IMG/VR virus record: IMGVR_UViG_3300033545_000002
Location: 64,464-86,051 of that record
DNA: 21,588 bases
DNA from: a virus
Reading direction: 5' to 3' (one strand)
Shown here: one piece after another, positions 1 through 7,471 of the stretch
Position numbering within the stretch: the first letter of the stretch is position 1
How the letters are laid out: the number at the start of each line of letters is the position of its first letter
Notes under the pieces: model-generated
Told to the model about the DNA's origin: nothing
Database searches by the model: none
What the model saw: only the letters and a program-made list of their open reading frames with translations
Made by a program: the position numbers and the translations under genes

Positions 1-177
1 GAAAATGGTAGAACTGTCTTTTCCCACTTCGAACAATTCGACATGCTGTTCTATCAGAAGATGATGCAGGTCTTTCAAATGCCTTGTTCCAGGCCACTTG
101 TTTCCCCAGAACAATAGCTCCAAGTGTTTTCCAAAATTAAATTTGGACTGCCTGAATGGGATGACGGTATATCTCAT
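1..177 (-). CDS. Partial CDS (N-terminus only), possibly StrG-like 2OG-Fe(II) oxygenase
   Basis: ATG at 177 overlaps the GT2 stop (ATGA). Frame is open to the window edge: MRYTVIPFRQ...LKDLHHLL...GKDSSTIF. The family guess rests only on recalled similarity to N-termini of phage StrG-like proteins. Confidence 0.45.
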   Translation of the reverse strand, partial: MRYTVIPFRQSKFNFGKHLELLFWGNKWPGTRHLKDLHHLLIEQHVELFEVGKDSSTIF

Positions 178-881
178 CTAAGTGATCTTAGTTGATGTTC
201 AATCTGCATGTGCAAATGTCCTGAACGGTGAGCGTTTTGTTTGTAATGGGATAGGGGGTGTACGGTGTGCTGATATGTTAAGCCCTGGACTATCTTTATT
301 TTTCTTCCAGATTCCAGCCACCTAAATGCCATGTACAGACTGTCCGCCGTTATCGGGTCGATATCGCCACTCCACACTTCCAAATACCCCGACCTATGCA
401 CGAAATAATTTGCTGTGTTTAAAAGGGTGGCGCACATTGGCCATTCCATGTATCTCGCAATATTTTCTTTCACCAAAATAAGATCAGAAAATGTAGTGTA
501 ATCGAAATGTGGGTAGGCAAAATATGGAGCGTAAATTGTATCGGGTTGCCATTCTTCAATTTCAAAAAGTCGATCCAGATAATACGAATTAAATACGTTA
601 TCGCTGTCAGCCAAAATATTCCACTCACAATCCGACAATTCGATGGCGTTCTTCTTGTTCCGGTAGCAGTCGACGTTGCGACCGTTCCTGAATAGCCTCA
701 CCTTACCCATTCCACCAACTGCCGCGTCCAATTCGTTGTAAGATTCCTGGCTTGAGAAGTCATCTACGATAGTTACAGAGGATACCCGATCATCATACAA
801 CACCTGTTCAAAGGCCCTTAGCGTCCATTCGGGACGCATGTAAGTAGGTATTGCAATTCCTATAGTTCTGCCTTCGTTCAT
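174..881 (-). CDS. Glycosyltransferase family 2 (GT-A fold)
   Basis: N-terminal IAIPTY, IVDDFS and DxD motif (LADSDN) typical of GT2; 235 aa. Confidence 0.9.
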   Translation of the reverse strand: MNEGRTIGIAIPTYMRPEWTLRAFEQVLYDDRVSSVTIVDDFSSQESYNELDAAVGGMGKVRLFRNGRNVDCYRNKKNAIELSDCEWNILADSDNVFNSYYLDRLFEIEEWQPDTIYAPYFAYPHFDYTTFSDLILVKENIARYMEWPMCATLLNTANYFVHRSGYLEVWSGDIDPITADSLYMAFRWLESGRKIKIVQGLTYQHTVHPLSHYKQNAHRSGHLHMQIEHQLRSLR

Positions 882-889
882 AAAACGGT

Positions 890-1012
890 ATCGCGTTCGA
901 GGGTGGTTGTCTAAGAAATTAAACCTGTGAAGGAGTAAAAACTATCCGACCCTGAACGCGATTATTTTAAACTTTAAAGTTGTTGATTTTCATGTTTTAA
1001 CTTCTTAGACAA
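890..1012 (-). ncRNA. Putative structured cis-regulatory leader or antisense-type RNA upstream of the GT2 gene
   Basis: Stem 890-904 / 949-962 (9 bp + 5 bp). Separately, 907-923 is complementary to 996-1012 (17 bp with one G-U on the minus-strand RNA). Confidence 0.6.
967..993 (-). CDS. Putative leader peptide MKINNFKV
   Basis: ATG 993 to TAA 967 inside the structured leader; translation unproven. Confidence 0.3.
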   Translation of the reverse strand: MKINNFKV

Positions 1013-1014
1013 GA

Positions 1015-1045
1015 CGAAAGTAATTAATCCTTCCAAACCGTCAAA
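1015..1045 (-). promoter_or_regulatory. Bacteroidota sigma70-like promoter
   Basis: TTTG-N19-TACTTTCG on the minus strand, versus consensus TTTG-N19-21-TAnnTTTG. Confidence 0.55.
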
Positions 1046-1277
1046 ATTTATTTCCTGGTTTACCGCTTGGCGCTTTTGTCTTTACAACCGGACGGAGAAT
1101 GCCATGATTCTGCCTCAACTCTCGTTCAGCCTTTCTGATCAGCGTGGCCCTATTTCCGGCATGAACAATAATCTCCGGCTCTACAATGACACCTTCCAAT
1201 TCTTCGCCTATATCCGTGATGGACATATCGAAATAGGTGGCTGTCGATGGTTGCTTTCTTCTTTTACTAGCTATCAT
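1041..1277 (-). CDS. Hypothetical phage protein
   Basis: 78 aa; ATGA coupling with the upstream gene; co-oriented in the operon. Confidence 0.7.
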   Translation of the reverse strand: MIASKRRKQPSTATYFDMSITDIGEELEGVIVEPEIIVHAGNRATLIRKAERELRQNHGILRPVVKTKAPSGKPGNKF

Positions 1278-1516
1278 CTTTTTTTATTTTTAGATTTACG
1301 TTTTTGTTTCGGTTCTGCTTTTGCTGGTATTTCAATGGGGTACTTGTCTTTTCTATTTGGACGTAGTGTCCCCTTAGTAACGGTTGTGATGTGAAAAAAG
1401 CCACAAAAAGAGCATTTGTAAACCGAATATTTATACCTGCCGTACCTTTGCCTTAGCCCTCCCAAGTCATCATAGGCATCTTGTGATTTCTCGTATTGAC
1501 GTTTGTCGCATTCCAT
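1274..1516 (-). CDS. Small phage protein with YxCxxCxxxH zinc-binding motif
   Basis: C..KRQY...VYKCSFCGFFHIT plus basic tail; ATG at 1516 preferred to the track start. Confidence 0.75.
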   Translation of the reverse strand: MECDKRQYEKSQDAYDDLGGLRQRYGRYKYSVYKCSFCGFFHITTVTKGTLRPNRKDKYPIEIPAKAEPKQKRKSKNKKR

Positions 1517-1518
1517 TT

Positions 1519-1749
1519 TTAAAAGCAATAATACGGATCATGCGAAAACAAAACTGAATCTTTTTCAAACTCCGGGTTCCTCACGACCTTTGGCTTTCGT
1601 TGTTCCTCTGCTCTTGCTACACAACATAGGTGATCGATATAACGCTTTGGCACACCCATTTTCAAAGCTATGGTCTTGTGGCGTACTCTTTCGGACGCCA
1701 GTCGAAGGACTTCCTCTTTCTGTTCGGGCGTGAGTAGTGGGTTAGGCAT
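1519..1749 (-). CDS. Small helix-turn-helix protein
   Basis: LTPEQKEEVLRL...HKTIALKMGVPKRYI resembles an HTH. Confidence 0.65.
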   Translation of the reverse strand: MPNPLLTPEQKEEVLRLASERVRHKTIALKMGVPKRYIDHLCCVARAEEQRKPKVVRNPEFEKDSVLFSHDPYYCF

Positions 1750-1972
1750 TGCTTTCAATATTTTGAATTTTTCGATTCAAATAAAATTGTGCTTTTTTCA
1801 AGTCCTCCAATTCTTTCAGTGGGTCTTTCTTCCCTGCCCTGCATATGTATTTAACTGCATTGCCTAAATGGAACCCCAACTCCCATGCCTCAATGACTTT
1901 TATAGCCTCATAAACAGTATCCCCGCCGTAATGATTGGGGTGATTGATGGCTTCATTTTTCTTCGGTGTCAT
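1742..1972 (-). CDS. DUF3310 family protein (T7 gp1.7-like nucleotide kinase family)
   Basis: INHPNHY...EAI...GFHLGNAVKYICRAGKK...EDLKKAQFYL signature; ATG at 1972. Confidence 0.9.
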   Translation of the reverse strand: MTPKKNEAINHPNHYGGDTVYEAIKVIEAWELGFHLGNAVKYICRAGKKDPLKELEDLKKAQFYLNRKIQNIESNA

Positions 1973-2666
1973 ATAGTGCCTTTGCGATATTAGGGAATTT
2001 TTCAATAAATATTTTCTTTATTTCAGCAGCAACCTCCCTATGTTCCAATTGTGCATGGTGATCCGTTCTCTGTTCAAGATAATGAATCCAGCTACGGACG
2101 CTCCCATTGAGATACATAGTTGTGCTACTAGCCATTGGAAGAATCATACGGGCACATTCTTTAGCTACACCAGCCTCCAACAAGCCACGATACACATCTT
2201 GAACAATTTGCATCAAAGCATCAACAACAACCGACGCACGTGTATTATGATCCGTATGAAGTAATAAACCATGAGGAATATAGTTTTCGCCAATAGCCGG
2301 GTCAAATCTATCTTCACTGCTTTGCCTATTTGTAGCACCGGCCCTTCTAAATTGAATATCCTCCCTCTCCATCACTTCCGCATACCGCTGGCTAAATTCC
2401 TGCGGCTTAATGGACCAGTGACGAAGAATTTGAATGGCTATAGCCTTTGAGGTTTTTACCTCTACCGTCATGTTCACCATGTCAAAGGGAGACCAGTGTT
2501 TGTTTTTGATAAGATATTTTAACAATTTGGAGGCCGTATCCATATTCCCCTGATTCTGCGGACTACTAACGCGTGCCATATAAACAATCAGGTCTTCGGC
2601 AGAATTAATATTCCAATCAATTGATGAAACTGTAGGTGTTGTAACAGAGACTAATTTTACGTGCAT
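1953..2666 (-). CDS. thyX: FAD-dependent thymidylate synthase
   Basis: ARVS, HWSPF, QILRH..QEFSQRY, GVAKECARMILP, RSWIHY, HAQLEHR motifs. Confidence 0.93.
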   Translation of the reverse strand: MHVKLVSVTTPTVSSIDWNINSAEDLIVYMARVSSPQNQGNMDTASKLLKYLIKNKHWSPFDMVNMTVEVKTSKAIAIQILRHWSIKPQEFSQRYAEVMEREDIQFRRAGATNRQSSEDRFDPAIGENYIPHGLLLHTDHNTRASVVVDALMQIVQDVYRGLLEAGVAKECARMILPMASSTTMYLNGSVRSWIHYLEQRTDHHAQLEHREVAAEIKKIFIEKFPNIAKALYDTEEK

Positions 2667-2669
2667 TGC

Positions 2670-3026
2670 TTACGGTTTGTTGTGAAATAATATTTCGACC
2701 AATCTCGATCCATTTACTTCGGTGTTAGTTTGCTTCAGTGGAAATCTTTTTCCACCTTTTAGTAAGTTGGGCAACTTCTCAACCAAAACTTCGATAATCA
2801 AAACCGCCCATACCAAAGCGCCTCCTTCTCTTTTGCAAATTAAAAAGCCGTCTGGATCGTCGTTGACATAAAAATATAGCCTATCCACCTCCGTTACAAA
2901 GCTAATTCTTTTCCCTATCTCCAACCCGTAATGTTCTATGGCACCTCTTGAAAAATACATATACTTATCTCGGAAGACTACTGTGGCCCTAGCCAATGAT
3001 TTTGATTTAACGTTTAGGATTTCCAT
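2670..3026 (-). CDS. Hypothetical phage protein
   Basis: 118 aa, tightly packed in the operon. Confidence 0.75.
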   Translation of the reverse strand: MEILNVKSKSLARATVVFRDKYMYFSRGAIEHYGLEIGKRISFVTEVDRLYFYVNDDPDGFLICKREGGALVWAVLIIEVLVEKLPNLLKGGKRFPLKQTNTEVNGSRLVEILFHNKP

Positions 3027-3031
3027 AAGGG

Positions 3032-3412
3032 TCAGAAGGGAAGATCCGAAATTGGTTCAGTAATATTGTCAGCGGGACCAGATGATCCGGATGAAGACTG
3101 ACGAGGTGGGGCATCTATCCCGTCGCCTATCCCGTTAACATCTCTATCTGAAATCGGCTTACCGGATCGATCCGATTTTTTGAAATTACCGATATACAAT
3201 TTTTTATCCACATCCTTCATCTCCTTGGGTGGGTTCAATTGAGCGGATGCTATGTTGCCATACTTGTCCGCTTCTGCATTTACCCAAAAATTAACAGCGG
3301 CATAGATATGGCCGTTCGTTCCTTTGGTGAAGGCCGAATGCTTTTCTCTTGCCTGATCGATAAGCAAAGTGAGATCGATGCTACCGTAATAAAGCTGATT
3401 GTCGTTGTTCAT
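3032..3412 (-). CDS. Putative single-stranded DNA-binding protein
   Basis: Beta-rich core, low-complexity G/S/P linker and acidic C-terminal DLPF tail typical of SSBs; lies in the replication module. Confidence 0.65.
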   Translation of the reverse strand: MNNDNQLYYGSIDLTLLIDQAREKHSAFTKGTNGHIYAAVNFWVNAEADKYGNIASAQLNPPKEMKDVDKKLYIGNFKKSDRSGKPISDRDVNGIGDGIDAPPRQSSSGSSGPADNITEPISDLPF

Positions 3413-3720
3413 TTTTTAATTTTTAATAACCAATTTATATCAAGTTCTGTTTTCAATGGTCTGTCGGTCTCTTTATCTTTTAGCGTCACCATTCGGCCAC
3501 TCTCGCATTCCTCGAAGATATAGATTCCGGTGATAATAAAGATTCGTCCATTCGTTTTCGGATTGAAATCATCGATGTGAACTTCTTCGTTCGGAAAAAA
3601 TGTTTCGCCGTTTCTGTTCTTACCGTATGTAACTGCGCAAGCACCGCACACATAATATTTCCTGGATGGCAACGCCAACACCACGTCCTCCCGTTCTTCC
3701 AAGCAATTACTGCATCGCAT
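3409..3720 (-). CDS. Hypothetical protein with CxxC...CxxC zinc finger
   Basis: CSNC...CGAC; overlaps both neighbours. Confidence 0.7.
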   Translation of the reverse strand: MRCSNCLEEREDVVLALPSRKYYVCGACAVTYGKNRNGETFFPNEEVHIDDFNPKTNGRIFIITGIYIFEECESGRMVTLKDKETDRPLKTELDINWLLKIKK

Positions 3721-4060
3721 GATCCCTCCTGTATTGTTCGGCTCTTATGAAGATTGTGTCTTTAAATCTTTGGATGTTAGATAGCATCCAATGCTGCCTC
3801 AACCAAGCGTCTGTGTAAGCCCATTGCAAAAAACTTTTAAGCCTTCGCTCTGCCTCCAATTCGACCCACTCAATATTCCCTTCTTCACATCGCTTCCGTA
3901 ACGATTGTAAAATGTACTTCAAATCTCTGGGTTGGCTACCTTGAAAGCTAGGTTTGACACCAAATTTTTCTTCCGTGAACGAAAAGAACACTTCCACCAT
4001 TTTTTGAAAGTGTGGCTCTGGCGGATTTTTTACCTTCGGTGTTTTTTTAGACTTTGACAT
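3707..4060 (-). CDS. Hypothetical protein (possible replication accessory)
   Basis: 117 aa helical protein directly downstream of the primase-helicase. Confidence 0.7.
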   Translation of the reverse strand: MSKSKKTPKVKNPPEPHFQKMVEVFFSFTEEKFGVKPSFQGSQPRDLKYILQSLRKRCEEGNIEWVELEAERRLKSFLQWAYTDAWLRQHWMLSNIQRFKDTIFIRAEQYRRDHAMQ

Positions 4061-4073
4061 AGTAATATTTTAA

Positions 4074-5960
4074 TCAGAACGGGTCAGGCCCATCAGCATA
4101 CGGAAGTCTCATATTTACATCAATCATTTCTTGCCTCATGGTTGGCGCTGGGCTTGATCGTTTAGGATCGCAAAACGGAACCATATTTAGAGGATCTACA
4201 AACCTTCTTATATCCCAATTCATCAACATATCGAAATCGCCAGGCTTCCCACCAGTCCGCCTTCTCTTGATTTTTTGAACATAAATTTTAACTTCTGGGC
4301 TTGTTTTTTTGATGTGATGATTAGGGCGATAATAAGAAATGATGGAATCTGATTTATTGGCCCACATGGCCCCCCCTGATATGTCGTACATATCTACTGG
4401 CGGCAATGACTTGTCGGCTTCCCTCTGTTGTTTTACCGGATGCGCAACGATGTTATACACTACAGAATTAAGCAACGCAAACCTCTTTACATCTTTCAAT
4501 TGTTCAGACAAATATTGATCTTCTCGCTGATATGGTTTTTGCAAATGGTCAAGTTGATTCCACGGATCAATCAAAACACCGTCTACGCCTTTTTTCAAAA
4601 CAAGATACCTGAATTTTTCATGGATTGAATTTATATCGTGACCGTCTTCTGGGTAAACGTAGAAAATATGCCGATCTATAAAAAGACATGCTTCCACATA
4701 TTCATCCTCCGACATATCTTTAAGCCGTTTGCCGACATACATTTCAACAATGTCATCATAAAAATCAACTGGGGGATAATTCTCTGGACTGAAGACAGCC
4801 CACGTCCAGCCGTCGTAAATACTTTTAGTAAGCATCATCTGCAAAATCAACGTGGTTTTGCCGTGGTTTGCGTGTCCAACTATAAGATTTATTTCTCCTT
4901 TTTTCCATCTAAAAAATTCATCCATTTCACCAAAATGCGTTTTTGGCGCAAGCTGAATACCTTTCCTGAAATTTTCCAGCATGGTTGGGAATATATCTTC
5001 AACATAAAATATTCCATCAACAGGAATAAACTGTGCATTGTTGATAACATTAACAACAACATCTTTCCCCAAATATTGTAAAACCTCATTCAAGTCTTTG
5101 CAACGTCTTTTCATATTTCCGTCTGCTGGTACGCATTCTTCTAGTGGATAAGAAATAACCTTACATCTCTCAACACCAAGTCTTCTAATCAATTCCTCCT
5201 TCAACGATTCCCCGGCCTTGTCTCCGTCAGTAGCAATAATAAATTCTTCCACCCCAATCAACCATTCAGCACAATTGTCTATATAATCCAATTTTTGTTC
5301 ACCCATCGAAGCCCCGTTTGGAACGGACACCTGCCCCCACTTACTAAATTCATTATTCGTTATTTCCCCTGTTGTTTCATCCACAATTGGATCAACACCA
5401 AATCCAGATTCAAAAGAACTCATGCAATCAATCTCACCTTCCGTCAAAATGCAAAACTTTTTATCGGAAATAGAAGGAAGGTTAAACAAAATAAGTTCCG
5501 CCCCCTTACACATTTTAAATTCCTTCTTGGATGTTCTGTACTTGACGTTAATAAGCTCACCATTTCTAAAGTAAGGGAAACACACACAATTTTCACGGGT
5601 GCCTGTCTGTGGCATAATCTCTTCTTTGCTAAAGATGAAAAAGTGTTCAAGTGTATTTTTTGAAACCCCCCTTAACCTAAACCATTTTTCAGCGTTTTCT
5701 CTAAGTTCAATTTGTTTCAAAATATCTTTAGCTGGCAATTCGTATTTTTTAATTTCTCTTTTTCTTTCCGACGAACGAACATTACCTCTAAAGTTGCACC
5801 CATCGTTATGACATTTGTATTCTCCGGTTGTAATATTCACGCTAAGTGAACGATCTTTTTTATTTTTTCTTCCATCATGGCATCCTGGGCAAAATGTTTT
5901 TTCGCTACCGGCTCGGCGCGTCAACTTAATCCCCAAATCACACAATTTATCGTAATACAT
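4074..5960 (-). CDS. Bifunctional DNA primase-helicase (T7 gp4/Twinkle-like)
   Basis: Zn finger CPGC...CHNDGC, TOPRIM (TEGEIDCMS, ATDGDKAG), SF4 helicase Walker A GHANHGKT, IDPWN, IVAHP, YDISG. Confidence 0.93.
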   Translation of the reverse strand: MYYDKLCDLGIKLTRRAGSEKTFCPGCHDGRKNKKDRSLSVNITTGEYKCHNDGCNFRGNVRSSERKREIKKYELPAKDILKQIELRENAEKWFRLRGVSKNTLEHFFIFSKEEIMPQTGTRENCVCFPYFRNGELINVKYRTSKKEFKMCKGAELILFNLPSISDKKFCILTEGEIDCMSSFESGFGVDPIVDETTGEITNNEFSKWGQVSVPNGASMGEQKLDYIDNCAEWLIGVEEFIIATDGDKAGESLKEELIRRLGVERCKVISYPLEECVPADGNMKRRCKDLNEVLQYLGKDVVVNVINNAQFIPVDGIFYVEDIFPTMLENFRKGIQLAPKTHFGEMDEFFRWKKGEINLIVGHANHGKTTLILQMMLTKSIYDGWTWAVFSPENYPPVDFYDDIVEMYVGKRLKDMSEDEYVEACLFIDRHIFYVYPEDGHDINSIHEKFRYLVLKKGVDGVLIDPWNQLDHLQKPYQREDQYLSEQLKDVKRFALLNSVVYNIVAHPVKQQREADKSLPPVDMYDISGGAMWANKSDSIISYYRPNHHIKKTSPEVKIYVQKIKRRRTGGKPGDFDMLMNWDIRRFVDPLNMVPFCDPKRSSPAPTMRQEMIDVNMRLPYADGPDPF

Positions 5961-5963
5961 TGC

Positions 5964-6542
5964 CTATTCTTGATTTCGTTTTACGAAATGTGGTTGATAC
6001 CCTCCTTCCTGAAATAACTGTTGCTGATCTTTCGTCAATGGTTGCTTTTGCCCATTTTTGAAAATAGCCTCTTTCCCGTCTTCCGAAAACCCAACCGCGC
6101 TTTCTTCTTTCTTTCTTTGTTTATTTCTTTCTTTCTTTGCACCATTTTGCATTGCATTTGCATCCGCTTGCTCTGCATTTGTTTGCAAATGCTTTGCAAA
6201 TGCAGCGTTTCTTCGCTTATCACTTATGTCATTCCTTTTAGCCAAATTCCTTGTAACTCTATTGGATTTCAGTATGTTATCCATTATTAAAAAAAGTTTA
6301 TAGTTGTTAACACAACAGTCTAGTACTTTTTTTATATATGAACTGCTCTCGTTAACATCTTTTGCAATTGCAGCAAAAGTGATCTCGTCAAGCTCTAAAC
6401 TGCCTCCTTCCTCATGCATCATCTCGCAAGTTGCCCAATAAATCCCCAATCCAGACGACTTAAAATCCTTCACCAATGCCCCTATTTTACGGTCATTTCT
6501 AGCGTTGAGATCATGAGAAAAATAGTTTTTGTCGCCAGCCAT
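5964..6542 (-). CDS. DUF4373 / Lin1244-like replication initiation protein
   Basis: YFSHDLNARNDRKI...GLGIYW N-terminal signature, followed by a low-complexity A/Q/N linker. Confidence 0.85.
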   Translation of the reverse strand: MAGDKNYFSHDLNARNDRKIGALVKDFKSSGLGIYWATCEMMHEEGGSLELDEITFAAIAKDVNESSSYIKKVLDCCVNNYKLFLIMDNILKSNRVTRNLAKRNDISDKRRNAAFAKHLQTNAEQADANAMQNGAKKERNKQRKKEESAVGFSEDGKEAIFKNGQKQPLTKDQQQLFQEGGYQPHFVKRNQE

Positions 6543-6545
6543 GAT

Positions 6546-6998
6546 TTAAGTTGTTTCCTCTACGTAAGTACCTTCCATAGCCATATCTCCTAATATTGTT
6601 GCCTGCCAAGCATATAAATGTGTCAAGAATACAACCTCACCTTCTTTTATAGTAAAAAGAAGAATCATTCTATGAACTCCAGGGTAAGCTCTTGGTGGAT
6701 CAACGCTTATAAACCAAATAGGTTCCGGATCAATAGCGTGTCGTTCTTTTCTGAATTTGGTAATTTTATAGTAGGCAAAACACTCTTTTATAAATTCAAT
6801 AATAAAATGACAATCTTTGCAACAGGTGGCGAGATCATCATCTGGAACATCCCAAGGCTCTTTATAATAGGCATCATGATGAACATGAAGTGTTTTTTTA
6901 GTATCCCCACAATATTTACAAGCAAACCCATCTCTTTCTAAAATTTTAAGCCTCTTTTTTTGCCACCTTGGGTCGAGTAGTTTTTCTGAGTAAGTCAT
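6546..6998 (-). CDS. HNH endonuclease family protein
   Basis: YSEKLLDPRWQKKRLKILERDGFACKYCG...LHVHH...CKDCH. Confidence 0.88.
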   Translation of the reverse strand: MTYSEKLLDPRWQKKRLKILERDGFACKYCGDTKKTLHVHHDAYYKEPWDVPDDDLATCCKDCHFIIEFIKECFAYYKITKFRKERHAIDPEPIWFISVDPPRAYPGVHRMILLFTIKEGEVVFLTHLYAWQATILGDMAMEGTYVEETT

Positions 6999-7019
6999 AA
7001 GCGATAAATTAAAAAGGGT

Positions 7020-7161
7020 AGGTATAGAAACAAAAGTCCCCCGCTGGTCGACGGGGGAGCTTAAGTTTCTCGGGCTTTTACCTCCGATATTCTTTAAAGA
7101 CCTTCGTATTCCGACCAGAAAATACTTCGGTTAAATATTATGTATAGTTATGATTTAACAT
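7020..7161 (-). ncRNA. Putative kissing-loop attenuator leader upstream of the HNH/replication genes
   Basis: Hairpin 7037-7058 (7-bp GC stem, extended by 7026-7031/7065-7070 and 7020-7024/7079-7083) and hairpin 7106-7125 have complementary loops: ctggtcg (7044-7050) and cgaccag (7112-7118). Confidence 0.65.
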
Positions 7162-7196
7162 TGTGCGGTAACTTTTAAGAGGAATCAAATTGGAGA

Positions 7197-7229
7197 CTAA
7201 GATAGTGAAATGTTTTTTGATTCACCAAA
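7197..7229 (-). promoter_or_regulatory. Bacteroidota sigma70-like promoter
   Basis: TTTG-N21-TATCTTAG on the minus strand. Confidence 0.55.
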
Positions 7230-7237
7230 ATTATTTT

Positions 7238-7462
7238 CTACCAATTCTGCCAAGGGGCCTTTGCACCTATTTCCAAAATACCTGATTTGTCTTTACGTGC
7301 GTAGAAGAAAGCCTTCGGAGCGCCGTTCATTATTTTCCTGACGGCATATGGAGCATCTGCTTCATATCGGATGGATCGGTCTTTGTTATAAATAAGACAC
7401 TTGGAGCCGACATAAAATCCTGGAATATTTGATTCAAGTCCCAACTGAACTTTTACAATCAT
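7238..7462 (-). CDS. Hypothetical phage protein
   Basis: 74 aa, MIVKVQ...APWQNW, co-oriented. Confidence 0.75.
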   Translation of the reverse strand: MIVKVQLGLESNIPGFYVGSKCLIYNKDRSIRYEADAPYAVRKIMNGAPKAFFYARKDKSGILEIGAKAPWQNW

Positions 7463-7471
7463 AAATTTATT

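Noticed and set aside
890-962. 73-nt stem-loop as a tRNA
   Set aside because: No TTC-containing T-loop at the right position, no D-arm or cloverleaf; treated as a leader structure instead.
6140-6205. Repeated ttgc/tttgca(t) motifs inside the DUF4373 gene as origin iterons
   Set aside because: Plausible by analogy with lambda O, but the units are short and degenerate and can be explained by the A/N/Q/M-rich linker coding; not supportable without comparison.
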